DNA of 28,954 nt from Campylobacterota bacterium (lineage in GTDB: Bacteria; Campylobacterota; Campylobacteria; Campylobacterales; Sulfurimonadaceae): assembly GCA_034661055.1 (NCBI GenBank), contig JAYEKO010000087.1, positions 1-28,954 of the forward strand. The letters are read 5' to 3'. A program made the position numbers and the translations under genes. Numbering within the stretch: position 1 is the first letter of the stretch; every line of letters begins with the position of its first letter. The notes below the pieces were generated by a model, which saw nothing but the letters and a program-made list of their open reading frames with translations, was not told the DNA's origin and made no database searches. Positions 1 to 9,682 of the stretch are shown piece by piece.

Positions 1-1
1 A

Positions 2-844
2 CAACTTGGGAATCTCTCTATCTCTATGATTCACTTAGGAGAGCAGACAGGGACACTTGCAGAGTCCATTGACAGACTTTCAGAGATCCTGCAAAACATT
101 CATGACAACCGTGTCAAACTTAAAAAAGCGACACGATACCCTCTCATTACCATTATTGCTATGGCTATTGCATTTACTGTGGTCATCACCTTTGTTGTTC
201 CACAGTTTGAAGAGCTTTTTAAAGAGAGTAAAACAGAGTTGCCATTTCCAACACTCATTTTACTATGGCTTGAAAATGCCATTTCCAGCTATGGTCCCTA
301 CATATTAGCAGGTGCTGTTGTTCTAGCTAGCATCTACTCTTACATGTATAAAAAAAGTGAGACCTTAGCACTAAAAAGTGATAAGTTTATTTTAAAAGTC
401 TATATTGTCGGAGCCGTTACCAAGTATGCTATGCTTGGGCGTTTTGTCTATATTTTTAATGTTTTAGTTCATGCCGGTATTCCTATTGTCGATGCTTTAA
501 AAGCTGCTACTGGGGTAGTTGACAACCGCTACATGAAACAGCAGTTTAATAAGATTACTGATGCCGTTGAGGAGGGGCGCTCTTTACATGAGGGGTTTGA
601 GTCATCAAACTTTTTTGAGAGTATGATTTTGCAGATGTTAAAAGCGGGTGAAGATGCGGGAGCACTCAATGTGATGTTAGATAAAATAACTTCGTACTAT
701 AATGCAAAATATGATAATATTATAGATAATGTATCGACCATGATTGAGCCTATTTTAATTGGTGCAATTGCAGGGTTTGTGCTTGTCTTAGCCCTTGGAA
801 TTTTCTTGCCAATGTGGTCCATGGCAGAAACTATGGGAATGTAA
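2..844 (+). CDS. Type II secretion F / PilC-family inner-membrane platform protein, 5'-truncated by the window edge
   Basis: Two T2SSF-type repeats (GEQTGTL..SI..L; GEDAGAL..ML), plus YP..T, VVPQF..LF, LP.PT and C-terminal IEP...IFLPMW motifs. The frame is open back to position 2. Confidence 0.92.
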   Translation, partial: QLGNLSISMIHLGEQTGTLAESIDRLSEILQNIHDNRVKLKKATRYPLITIIAMAIAFTVVITFVVPQFEELFKESKTELPFPTLILLWLENAISSYGPYILAGAVVLASIYSYMYKKSETLALKSDKFILKVYIVGAVTKYAMLGRFVYIFNVLVHAGIPIVDALKAATGVVDNRYMKQQFNKITDAVEEGRSLHEGFESSNFFESMILQMLKAGEDAGALNVMLDKITSYYNAKYDNIIDNVSTMIEPILIGAIAGFVLVLALGIFLPMWSMAETMGM

Positions 845-864
845 GTTTATAAGGAGAAATATTA

Positions 865-960
865 ATGGAAAATGAAGCTGGAACACTCACTATTGCTATT
901 GTCTCAGCAATAGTTTTAGGCTTTGCTTTGTGGATAATTCATAAAGTTAATGAGATATAA
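865..960 (+). CDS. 31-aa single-TM small protein (MENEAGTLTIAIVSAIVLGFALWIIHKVNEI)
   Basis: AAGGAG RBS at 851-856, ATG 865, TAA 958-960, one hydrophobic segment. It is below the ORF-track length cutoff. Confidence 0.7.
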   Translation: MENEAGTLTIAIVSAIVLGFALWIIHKVNEI

Positions 961-985
961 AAATGAGAATTACTTCGTATTTGGA

Positions 986-1429
986 CTAGTCGTCAGTTAA
1001 AGTAAATGTTCCATTAGTAGAGTTGTATGCCCAGTGTCGTGTTTTACAAGGTTTTCCAGTTTTACATGTAGAAGCACCTTTAGCACTGTTTGATGCCGGA
1101 CCTTTGTATTGACCACCTGAAAGCGTCCATCCAATAGCAGTAGCATTTTTTAAGATAGCATCTAATGGGCTTCCTAAAGAGTCAGGGTATCCATGAGTAT
1201 TCAAGTCAGCAGAAGCAATAGAAGCACCACAGGTAAATGTTCCCTCATTAATAATCCACTCTCCGTTACAAGCATCGAGGGCTACTTGAACCGACGAAGC
1301 AGTAGAAAGTTCCGCAGAGATTTTAGAGTTGTCACTGAGTCCGGAGAACTTTGGAACAGCAACGGATGCCAACACACCAATAATGACAATTACAAAGATT
1401 AGTTCAATTAGCGTGAAGGCTTTTTTCAT
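986..1429 (-). CDS. Prepilin-type (type IV pilin / T2SS pseudopilin-like) protein
   Basis: Class III signal MKKA|FTLIELIFVIVIIGVLASVAVPKF with Glu5; four Cys in the globular part. Confidence 0.9.
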   Translation of the reverse strand: MKKAFTLIELIFVIVIIGVLASVAVPKFSGLSDNSKISAELSTASSVQVALDACNGEWIINEGTFTCGASIASADLNTHGYPDSLGSPLDAILKNATAIGWTLSGGQYKGPASNSAKGASTCKTGKPCKTRHWAYNSTNGTFTLTDD

Positions 1430-1434
1430 AAATA

Positions 1435-1884
1435 CTAATATGTAAGAGTATCTAATTGATCATCATTGGCAATTACATTACATTTAGCTGTTGTTTTTGA
1501 ATCTGTAAATCCATCACAATTAATAACTAATGTAACATTTCTATCTGCCGCATTCAAGGTAAGTGTTGCAACTACTGCACTGTCTGTAAATATTGCAGTC
1601 TGTCCATTTCCAGCGCCACTTCCACCTATTACCCAACCTTTTCCTGAAATAGTTACTAAATCACTCAACGTAACATTTGCTGAAGTTTTAGTTTCCTCTA
1701 AGTCAACTATATTGACATAAGCAGATGGTATGGAACTAAATGCATCGCTCGCTACTTTTACGGTATTCGAAGCCTCAGCATTTTGCTTTAAGTTAGCAAA
1801 CTTAGGAATTGCAACAGCCGAAAGCACCCCAATAATTACAATAACAAAGATCAATTCAATAAGTGTAAAACCACTTCTCTTCAT
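1435..1884 (-). CDS. Prepilin-type (type IV pilin / T2SS pseudopilin-like) protein
   Basis: Class III signal MKRSG|FTLIELIFVIVIIGVLSAVAIPKF; C-terminal Cys pair (CDGFTDSKTTAKC); AAGGGT RBS upstream. Confidence 0.92.
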   Translation of the reverse strand: MKRSGFTLIELIFVIVIIGVLSAVAIPKFANLKQNAEASNTVKVASDAFSSIPSAYVNIVDLEETKTSANVTLSDLVTISGKGWVIGGSGAGNGQTAIFTDSAVVATLTLNAADRNVTLVINCDGFTDSKTTAKCNVIANDDQLDTLTY

Positions 1885-2037
1885 CTTCTTACCCTTTTAC
1901 GTTTAATTTTAATACTTTTAGTATAGGAAAGCTCTCGTTAAAGCCACCTTAACCATACCACTATATCGACACTTATTGCAGTTTTTAAACTTATTTTACC
2001 TATGATACTACAAAATTTACATGTAAAAGATTTAAAA

Positions 2038-3945
2038 ATGGCAAACTTATTACAATATGAAGACTCTCCTTACCTGCAACAGCATAAAGACAACCCCCTA
2101 GATTGGTACCCATGGGGTGATGAAGCCTTCCAAAAAGCAGAGCGTGAAGATAAACCTATTTTCATCTCCATAGGCTACAGCTCATGTCACTGGTGTCACG
2201 TTATGGAACATGAAGTATTTGAAAATGAGGAAGTGGCTGCTTTTATGAATGAGCACTTTGTTAGCATTAAAGTTGACCGTGAAGAGCGTCCCGATATTGA
2301 CAAGTATTATCAAGAGGTACATATGCTACTCAATCGTCGTCCAGGAGGCTGGCCTACCTCAATTTTTTCTACTCCACAAAACAAACCTATTTTTGCAGCA
2401 ACTTACCTACCTGTAGAGAGTAAAAATCAGTCCATGGGGTTTTCAGAGCTAACACGAATTATTAGTGAAAAAATTAGTGAAAATGACCCAAAACTTTATG
2501 AAAATGCCGATGAGATTGAGGGCTTCTTAAAGCACCACACGCATCCAAAAGAGGCAACACACCTTAAATTTGAGATTTCAAATACCTTTATTAAGCAGTG
2601 TAGTGACAACTTTGAAAAAAGTTTTGGAGGCTTCTCGGTTGAACCGAAATTTCCGCACACTTCAACACTTAACTCTTTAATGAATCTCTTTTTACTTACA
2701 GGAAACGACGATGCCAAAGATATGGCAGTTAAAACACTAACATCGATGCAGCGTGGTGGTATTTATGACATCATAGACGGAGGCTTTTGCCGCTACAGTG
2801 TTGACAGAGAGTGGCTGGTTCCACATTTTGAGAAGATGACCTACGACAATGGTCTGCTTTGTGAACTTTACGTTAAAGCATTTCACAGTTTTGGCAATGA
2901 GACCCTTAAAAGAACTGCCATAGAAATTGCAGAGTTTATGCTTGAGTTTATGAGTGAGAACGCTCAATTTTACTCAGCGAGTGATGCTGACACGGAGGGG
3001 GAAGAGGGAAAATATTTTATCTACAATTATGATGAGACGCTTAAACTCTTAACGCAGAACGGATTTACTCAAAAAGAGAGTGAGACAATCTTAATTAAAC
3101 TAAATATCTCACCAAATGGAAATTTTGAAGGCAGCTCTATTGCTAGAGTGGAAGACAACTCTAGACCAGTGTGGTTTTCTAAGGTACAGAAGCTCTTAAA
3201 AGAGCGGCGAACGAAAAGGATTTACCCGTTTATTGATAAAAAAGTTCAAACCTCATGGAATGCAATGATGATTAAAGCCCTATTTGCACTTAGCAGTATT
3301 GATGCTTCCTACAAAGAGATTGCCGTAAAACATCTAAACGCTTTACTAGAGATAATGCTTATTGACAACAGACTCTACCACTCTACACTTATTCATAAAA
3401 CTCCAAAAATAGAAGCGTTCCTTGAAGATTACGCCTACCTAGGAGTCACACTTATTGCAGCGTATGAGAATACCTATGATGAGCACTATTTAATTAAAGC
3501 ACAGAAGATGGCAAATGCTGCATTAGAGCGATATTACGACAAAGGAATGTGGTACTTTAGTAGAGATGAGTTTGAGACCAAAGCAGATATATCTGACAGC
3601 TCTTATCCTGGTTCAGTAGGTGTTATTGTTGACTTGCTCCTCTCGCTTGGTTCACTTCTAGATGAAAAATATCGCCATTTTGCTTTTAAAACATTAGAGT
3701 ACTACTCTTATGATTTAGCACGAAAACCTATTAATTCACCTTACCTTTTTAATCAGATGATTCGCTACATTAAAGAAGATAGAATTATTAAGAGTAATTT
3801 ACATGTAGGTTTTTTACACTACCCCTACGCCCTTAAAAAGTTTGATCCACAGAGTGATGGCTATATGATTTGTGGATTACAGAGCTGTTTTGCAACGACA
3901 AGTAACATAAGTGAAATTGATACGCTAATTTATAACTCTTTTTAA
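2038..3945 (+). CDS. YyaL/SSP411-like protein (DUF255 thioredoxin domain plus six-hairpin glycosidase-like domain)
   Basis: [50 protein letters not shown] motifs. The start at ATG 2038 (MANLL) is preferred over 2002 because it matches the family N-terminus. Confidence 0.93.
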   Translation: MANLLQYEDSPYLQQHKDNPLDWYPWGDEAFQKAEREDKPIFISIGYSSCHWCHVMEHEVFENEEVAAFMNEHFVSIKVDREERPDIDKYYQEVHMLLNRRPGGWPTSIFSTPQNKPIFAATYLPVESKNQSMGFSELTRIISEKISENDPKLYENADEIEGFLKHHTHPKEATHLKFEISNTFIKQCSDNFEKSFGGFSVEPKFPHTSTLNSLMNLFLLTGNDDAKDMAVKTLTSMQRGGIYDIIDGGFCRYSVDREWLVPHFEKMTYDNGLLCELYVKAFHSFGNETLKRTAIEIAEFMLEFMSENAQFYSASDADTEGEEGKYFIYNYDETLKLLTQNGFTQKESETILIKLNISPNGNFEGSSIARVEDNSRPVWFSKVQKLLKERRTKRIYPFIDKKVQTSWNAMMIKALFALSSIDASYKEIAVKHLNALLEIMLIDNRLYHSTLIHKTPKIEAFLEDYAYLGVTLIAAYENTYDEHYLIKAQKMANAALERYYDKGMWYFSRDEFETKADISDSSYPGSVGVIVDLLLSLGSLLDEKYRHFAFKTLEYYSYDLARKPINSPYLFNQMIRYIKEDRIIKSNLHVGFLHYPYALKKFDPQSDGYMICGLQSCFATTSNISEIDTLIYNSF

Positions 3946-3990
3946 ACTACCCTGCTCTATAATAGCTATAAGATGATTTAAAGGATAAGC

Positions 3991-4923
3991 ATGGGTTCTA
4001 AAAGAAATATGCTAAAAGATGAGTTAAAAGACGGTTCAAAACTAAAAGACCATACGCATGAAGATCGACGTAAAAAAGGTAAAAATAGTAAAAAAGAGAA
4101 TGAGCATCGTGGAAAAAAATCTAAAAAGCGTGTGGCTGTCTGGGTAAAACAAGAGGTTATTGACTATGAAGATGAGTTGCGTACCCTTCAAATTGAACTT
4201 CTTAAAATGCAAAACCACCTCAAAGACAGTGGCAAGAAACTTCTAATGATCTTTGAAGGGCGTGACGCAGCTGGGAAAGGTGGTACAATTAAGCGCATTA
4301 CAGAACATCTTAATCCTCGTGGTGCTCGTGTTGTTGCACTTAACAAACCTTCCGACACTGAACGAACACAGTGGTATTTTCAACGCTACACATCACACCT
4401 GCCATCAGCAAGCGAAATTGTTCTGTTTGACAGAAGTTGGTACAACCGTGGTGGTGTTGAACCTGTTATGAATTTTTGTAACCAAGAAGAGCATAAAGAG
4501 TTTTTACATGAGGTTCCTGAATTTGAGCGTATGCTGGTAAATTCTGATGTTATTATGTTTAAATTCTACTTTTCAGTTTCTAAAAAAGAGCAGGCACGTC
4601 GATTTGAAAAGCGCAAGACAGATCCACTAAAACAGTACAAACTATCTCCGGTAGATCAGAAGTCTCAAGAGCTTTGGGATAAATACACTATTGCTAAGTA
4701 TTCTATGTTGTTAGCATCACACACAACGCATTCACCATGGACGGTCATTAAATCAGATAATAAGAAAAAAGCTCGTATTGAGTGCATAAAGCATATCTTA
4801 CGCAATATTGATTATCCAGATAAAATCTCTAAAAAAGCACTAAAAGCCAACAATGACCTTATCTTCTCAGGTGATGTTGAGATTAAGAATATGGAGAGTG
4901 GCATGTCACTCAAGCAGATATAA
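3991..4923 (+). CDS. ppk2: Polyphosphate kinase 2
   Basis: FEGRDAAGKGG Walker A, LNPRG, QWYFQRY, FDRSWYNR, W/YKLSP.D motifs; AAGGA RBS. Confidence 0.96.
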   Translation: MGSKRNMLKDELKDGSKLKDHTHEDRRKKGKNSKKENEHRGKKSKKRVAVWVKQEVIDYEDELRTLQIELLKMQNHLKDSGKKLLMIFEGRDAAGKGGTIKRITEHLNPRGARVVALNKPSDTERTQWYFQRYTSHLPSASEIVLFDRSWYNRGGVEPVMNFCNQEEHKEFLHEVPEFERMLVNSDVIMFKFYFSVSKKEQARRFEKRKTDPLKQYKLSPVDQKSQELWDKYTIAKYSMLLASHTTHSPWTVIKSDNKKKARIECIKHILRNIDYPDKISKKALKANNDLIFSGDVEIKNMESGMSLKQI

Positions 4924-4936
4924 AAGGATTTTTATT

Positions 4937-5050
4937 ATGATTAAAACAACTGTTCTTGTTGGAGTTTTACTAATGCTCACACTGCTGCAAAGCGGCTGTG
5001 AACGTAATGACTATCAGCATCCAGGTTACCGTAGCGGGCAGCATAAGTAA
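4937..5050 (+). CDS. 37-aa putative lipoprotein (MIKTTVLVGVLLMLTLLQSG|CERNDYQHPGYRSGQHK)
   Basis: AAAGGA RBS immediately after the ppk2 stop, ATG 4937, hydrophobic h-region and lipobox-like QSG-C. Confidence 0.7.
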   Translation: MIKTTVLVGVLLMLTLLQSGCERNDYQHPGYRSGQHK

Positions 5051-5075
5051 GTAATTTACATGTAAATTACTTACT
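5046..5075. repeat. Perfect 30-bp palindrome AGTAAGTAATTTACATGTAAATTACTTACT between convergent genes; possible bidirectional terminator
   Basis: Base-by-base check shows 15-bp arms with no spacer, centred at 5060/5061 on the iterated TACATGTA core. Confidence 0.9.
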
Positions 5076-6545
5076 CTAAATAAAAGAGAGAATTTCTCTC
5101 TCAATATTCTCTTTTTCAATCACACCATTGTGTGTAATTTCTTTATTAAAAAGCTCTTGGATCATTGCAGGAATAGCAACATTAGCTTCTTTTGAAATAG
5201 ACTCTAACGCATCAATATCTTGCGTATCATTCTCACCTGTTAGTGCATTAGCAATTGTTGGCGAAAATTTTGTCCACTCTGCCGTTGAGTAAGCAATCAT
5301 CACTAACTCTTTAGATTTACATGTATCGTACGTTTTGAAACATGTCGCAGTATGTGGGTCCATCAAGTACCCATCGTTAAAAGCACTTTTGATGTACGCT
5401 TTCCCCTCATCATCACTGCAGTAGTCTGCTACAAATAGCTCTTTTAGTTGTGTTAGCTCCTGTGCCGTAAGTTCATACATCTGCTTTGTATCTAAATCGT
5501 GCATTAACTCACGAGTTCGCTCTGCTCCATAAAGTCCGTAAAGAACACGTTCTACATTAGATGACTTTAAAATATCCATTGCAGGTGATGTAGTTAAAAT
5601 TAACTCACTATCACGCATATCGTAAATACCTGTATTGATAAGACGTGTTAAAATATTATTCTCGTTAGATGCAATAACTAACTTTTCAACCGGAAGACCC
5701 ATCTCCATCGCATAGTATCCACCAAGAACATTTCCAAAGTTTCCACTTGGTACATTAAGATAGACATTCTCACCTATAGCAACAGCACCTTGGCGAACCA
5801 CTTCGAGATAGTTGTGAATATGATAGATAATCTGAAAAATAATACGTCCAAAGTTTACTGAGTTAGCTGCTGAAAGAGCAATATTTTTCTCTTTTAAAGT
5901 CGCTTTAAAGCTACTTGAAGCCAAGAGGTTTTTCAAAGCACTCTGAGCATCATCAAAGTTTCCTTCAATTCCAATAACTTTTAAGTTAGTCGCCTCTTCT
6001 GTTACCATTTGGAGACGCTGTACATCAGAAGTCCCTTTGGCTGGGTACATACATGCCACTTTAACATTACTCTGATTTTTAAAAGTCTCTAGTGCAGCAG
6101 GACCGGTATCACCACTAGTTGCTGCTAAAATAAGATAATTCTCATTTCGCTCTTGTGCAATAGCAGAAAGCACTTTTCCAAAAGGCTGCAGTGCCATATC
6201 TTTAAAAGCACGGGTAGGTCCATGGTAAAGTTCACTCACATAAAGATCATCTTTTACTTTTACCACAGGAACAGGATTACTTGGGTCATCAAACTTATCA
6301 TAAAGCGCCAAAGCGTCATCTATAACATCTTGTTTTACATCTATATTAAATACATGTAAAAAATCTGCTGCAAGCTCTTTGTAGTGAGAATTTCTATGTT
6401 TTTCTAAAAAATCCAGACCTAATTTAGGTAGATCTTTAGGTACATATAGACCACCAAACGAAGCGATTGGGCTTAAAATTGCCTCAGAAAAAGTCACCTC
6501 TACAGGGTGCTGTCCATCATTTCCACGTGTTTCAATAAAGTTCAT
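5076..6545 (-). CDS. thrC: Threonine synthase
   Basis: ELYHGPT.AFKD.AL (PLP lysine), AATSGDTG, SANSVNFGR, VPSGNFGN, SPAMDILKSSN.ER, DPHTA motifs. Confidence 0.96.
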   Translation of the reverse strand: MNFIETRGNDGQHPVEVTFSEAILSPIASFGGLYVPKDLPKLGLDFLEKHRNSHYKELAADFLHVFNIDVKQDVIDDALALYDKFDDPSNPVPVVKVKDDLYVSELYHGPTRAFKDMALQPFGKVLSAIAQERNENYLILAATSGDTGPAALETFKNQSNVKVACMYPAKGTSDVQRLQMVTEEATNLKVIGIEGNFDDAQSALKNLLASSSFKATLKEKNIALSAANSVNFGRIIFQIIYHIHNYLEVVRQGAVAIGENVYLNVPSGNFGNVLGGYYAMEMGLPVEKLVIASNENNILTRLINTGIYDMRDSELILTTSPAMDILKSSNVERVLYGLYGAERTRELMHDLDTKQMYELTAQELTQLKELFVADYCSDDEGKAYIKSAFNDGYLMDPHTATCFKTYDTCKSKELVMIAYSTAEWTKFSPTIANALTGENDTQDIDALESISKEANVAIPAMIQELFNKEITHNGVIEKENIEREILSFI

Positions 6546-6584
6546 AACTACTCTTATTTAATTTTTTGAAATTATATCTAAATA

Positions 6585-8219
6585 CTAAGAGATAGCTAAT
6601 AATACAATCTCTTTTGCTTCATCTTGAATCTGCTTTAGGTGCTGAGCAGAGATAAAGCTCTCAGCATAAATTTTGTAGATATCTTCAGTTCCTGATGGTC
6701 GTGCTGCAAACCAGCCATTTTTTGTCACTACTTTTAGACCACCAATTTTAGCACTGTTTCCACTTGCTTTTGTAAACTTATCTACAATCGTTTCACCTGC
6801 TAAAGTTGTTGAAGAGATATTATCTGCAGTAAGATTTTTTAGTAAGGCTTTTTGCTCAAATGTAGCTGGAGCATCAATACGGGCATAGTAAGATACTCCA
6901 AACTTTTTTTCAAACTCTCCATAGATCTCACCAGGATCTTTTTTAGTAGTAGCCCTAATTTCCAAAGCAAGTAGGTTCATAATAATCCCATCTTTATCAG
7001 TAGAAAAAGCACTACCGTCATGACATAAAAATGAAGCCCCAGCGCTCTCTTCACCACCAAAACCAAGCGAGCCGTTATTTAGCCCCTCAACAAACCATTT
7101 AAAACCAACTGGTACTTCGTGAACATCTCTACCTAAAGAGTCTGCTACTCTGTCAATCATAGAGCTTGAAACAGCTGTCTTTCCAATGCCAAGACTATGA
7201 GACCATGCGTGACGATGTGAAAACAGATACCAAATCGAAACAGCTAAATAGTGATTAGGATTCATAAGACCGACACTTGGTGTAACAATACCGTGACGAT
7301 CAAAATCGGGGTCATTGGCAAATGCAATATCATACTCATCTTTTAATGCAATAAGAGAGCTCATGGCATAAGCAGATGAACAGTCCATACGAATTTTTCC
7401 ATCATGATCACAACTCATAAAGCTAAAGGTCGGATCAACATGCTCATTTACGATGTCCATGTTGAGACCATATATCTCATTAATTTTTTGATACACCGCA
7501 ATTCCAGATCCACCTAAAGGATCAACGCCAATCTTTAAGTTAGCAGCCTTAATTGCTGCCATATCAATAACAGTCTCTAACCCTAAGACATAGGGAGTAA
7601 TAAAGTCAAACTCTTCAAGAAAATCACTCTTTAATGCTACATCCAATGAAACTTTTTGAACTTCAGCAAGTCCACTGTTTAAAATTTCATTGGCGCGCTT
7701 CTCAATAAGAGAAGTTACGTCAGCATCGGCAGGTCCACCATGAGGAGGGTTGTATTTAAAACCACCATCACTAGGAGGATTATGTGATGGCGTAATGACA
7801 ACACCATCACAAAGCACTTTACTGTCTCTATTGGCTTGTAAAATAGTAAATGATACAACAGGGGTTGGTGTATAACTATCATTTTTTGCAATTTTACATG
7901 TAACTCCATTTGCAACACATACCTGTATTGCACTCAACTGTGCCGAAGTGGACAGTGCATGAGTGTCTTTTGCAATAAACAGTGCTCCTGTAATACCTGC
8001 AGATTTTCGGTACTCACACACTGCCTGAGTAATGGCAAAAATATGTGCTTCATTAAAACTTCTCTTACTGCTGCTTCCACGATGTCCTGATGTTCCAAAC
8101 GAGACACGCTCGGTCGGCACTTTAACATCAGGATTTTGAGTGTAGTATGCTGATATTAACTGAGGAATATTTTCTAAAATATCCTTAGGAGCCTGTTTTG
8201 AAGCTAGTATGTGTGCCAT
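6585..8219 (-). CDS. pgm: Phosphoglucomutase (alpha-D-glucose-1,6-bisphosphate-dependent)
   Basis: [16 protein letters not shown] (catalytic Ser), [46 protein letters not shown] motifs. Confidence 0.96.
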   Translation of the reverse strand: MAHILASKQAPKDILENIPQLISAYYTQNPDVKVPTERVSFGTSGHRGSSSKRSFNEAHIFAITQAVCEYRKSAGITGALFIAKDTHALSTSAQLSAIQVCVANGVTCKIAKNDSYTPTPVVSFTILQANRDSKVLCDGVVITPSHNPPSDGGFKYNPPHGGPADADVTSLIEKRANEILNSGLAEVQKVSLDVALKSDFLEEFDFITPYVLGLETVIDMAAIKAANLKIGVDPLGGSGIAVYQKINEIYGLNMDIVNEHVDPTFSFMSCDHDGKIRMDCSSAYAMSSLIALKDEYDIAFANDPDFDRHGIVTPSVGLMNPNHYLAVSIWYLFSHRHAWSHSLGIGKTAVSSSMIDRVADSLGRDVHEVPVGFKWFVEGLNNGSLGFGGEESAGASFLCHDGSAFSTDKDGIIMNLLALEIRATTKKDPGEIYGEFEKKFGVSYYARIDAPATFEQKALLKNLTADNISSTTLAGETIVDKFTKASGNSAKIGGLKVVTKNGWFAARPSGTEDIYKIYAESFISAQHLKQIQDEAKEIVLLAIS

Positions 8220-8221
8220 GA

Positions 8222-8359
8222 TTATCCTTTATTATAAAAATTATTCTCATCTTTTTTTCCCTCTTTACGAAATGCTTTCCAATCATCTTCTAAAACCTCG
8301 TGCGCTTCAGCATATTCACCATTTTCTACCATCTCAATAAATGTATCAATTATTTTCAA
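8222..8359 (-). pseudogene. Truncated DUF309-like gene (45 aa: [45 protein letters not shown])
   Basis: TTG start after an AGGTG RBS. It has the DUF309 N-terminal signature F...G.Y.EAHEVLE..W but ends before the C-terminal half (the GLI/A..H region). Confidence 0.6.
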
Positions 8360-8406
8360 ACTATTGCACCTGAAATATCGCAGTTTTAAAACTCATAAAT
8401 TCTCCA

Positions 8407-8745
8407 TTAAAAAGTAATCACTTTCCAGTCATTTTTCAGTGCATTTGTCATCAACTCACCAGTATGGATAGGGTCAATCCCAAGAGAGCGTAACTGCTCA
8501 GTTACACCATAGTCATCGGTGCAGACTACACAAGTAGAGAGTTCTACCCCTGTTTTTGCAATAGTTTTTAGCATCTCTTGAAGCTCACTATTTTCAGCTA
8601 ACAGTTTTGCAGAGGGTCCCCAAACCATGAGATGCGCTTCGTCCCAATACCCTCGTGGTAAAATAACACTAGAGTAGAGAAGCACCATTTTTTTAGCCAC
8701 TTCAACATCACTGCTGCTCCATACTATTAAAAGTTTATCAGTCAT
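8407..8745 (-). CDS. DsrE-family protein
   Basis: 112 aa with WGPSAKLL, C.VC (TCVVC), YGV.E.L..LG and a terminal KVITF, typical of DsrE-like proteins; GAGGT RBS. Confidence 0.8.
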   Translation of the reverse strand: MTDKLLIVWSSSDVEVAKKMVLLYSSVILPRGYWDEAHLMVWGPSAKLLAENSELQEMLKTIAKTGVELSTCVVCTDDYGVTEQLRSLGIDPIHTGELMTNALKNDWKVITF

Positions 8746-8799
8746 TAATTACCTCACACATACTTTAGTATATGAAAGGATATATAATTTTTCTTAAGA

Positions 8800-9615
8800 T
8801 TAAGGTTGAAGAATATAGTAACTTGCAGTAAATAAAATAACAGTCATAACAAAATATTGCAGTGAGATACTCACAAAATTAACAACTTGACATCCCGTAC
8901 ACGATATAACTCTATCAGCTTCCCATTTAGCGTAAGCGAAATAAGCAATATTTAGAATAATAAGTATAATACTAACGTAAAAGTCGAAGCTATAAAATGA
9001 AGCTATTGTCTCAGACTCAAAACTAAACAGTGGTGCAAAAAGTGTTAAAAATTCTAACACCAAAAGCTTAGTCATAACACTCTTGAAGTAGTCACGACCT
9101 GAAACAGGTCCATTGTCGCTAAAGCTTCCAGCAACACCTGCTTTTGCCATCTCTTTTTCAACACCTTTACGCTCCTTGGCATCCATTTTTGTTACAAAAC
9201 TACCACCAAATACATAATCAAACTTTCTCTGAATCAGTAAAGAGAGGTAACCATTTGCTTTTAAAGAGTGCTGATTACCGTCTCTATCATCGTAGATGAG
9301 TGAGATGCTTTCATAACGATTTATAGTTCGTTCTACATCACCTAAGTAGAGCGTTCTCTCTAGTGACTCTACAGAACCTTTTTTATTTAATATGCGTGGA
9401 TTAAGAATTTCAAGAAACTCACCATTGTCATTTTTGATTACAACAATAGCAAGTGGTGCCCCTATCTGAATGGCTGCTAGACCATCGACACCATTTGCTT
9501 CAGCTGTATCTTTCATGTCCTGAATTAACTCTGCAATGCTTTCATCAAACACTCTCACATCTGCTGAAACTAAATTAATTCTGTCATCGGGGAATAATAC
9601 GAGTTCTTTAACCAT
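8800..9615 (-). CDS. Degenerate peptide deformylase-like domain fused to about three C-terminal TM helices
   Basis: N-terminal PDF fold cues (L...PD, DM.DT, GLAAIQIG, I.NP.I, R...I); metal-binding motifs are altered; the hydrophobic C-terminus carries CTGC. Confidence 0.8.
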   Translation of the reverse strand: MVKELVLFPDDRINLVSADVRVFDESIAELIQDMKDTAEANGVDGLAAIQIGAPLAIVVIKNDNGEFLEILNPRILNKKGSVESLERTLYLGDVERTINRYESISLIYDDRDGNQHSLKANGYLSLLIQRKFDYVFGGSFVTKMDAKERKGVEKEMAKAGVAGSFSDNGPVSGRDYFKSVMTKLLVLEFLTLFAPLFSFESETIASFYSFDFYVSIILIILNIAYFAYAKWEADRVISCTGCQVVNFVSISLQYFVMTVILFTASYYILQP

Positions 9616-9682
9616 TATATGTTCTCATTTCTAAAGATAAGAAAGCATTATAAAGACAAAAGATAAAAGTGCGCAATATCAG

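Noticed and set aside
2002..2037. Longer N-terminus of the YyaL-like ORF ([12 protein letters not shown])
   Set aside because: Family similarity begins at MANLL (2038), and the upstream stretch looks like promoter or leader containing the palindrome.
8252..8258. Frameshift at the T7/A7 homopolymer restoring a full DUF309
   Set aside because: Only about 30 nt remain before the pgm start, so the missing C-terminal half is not present in any frame.
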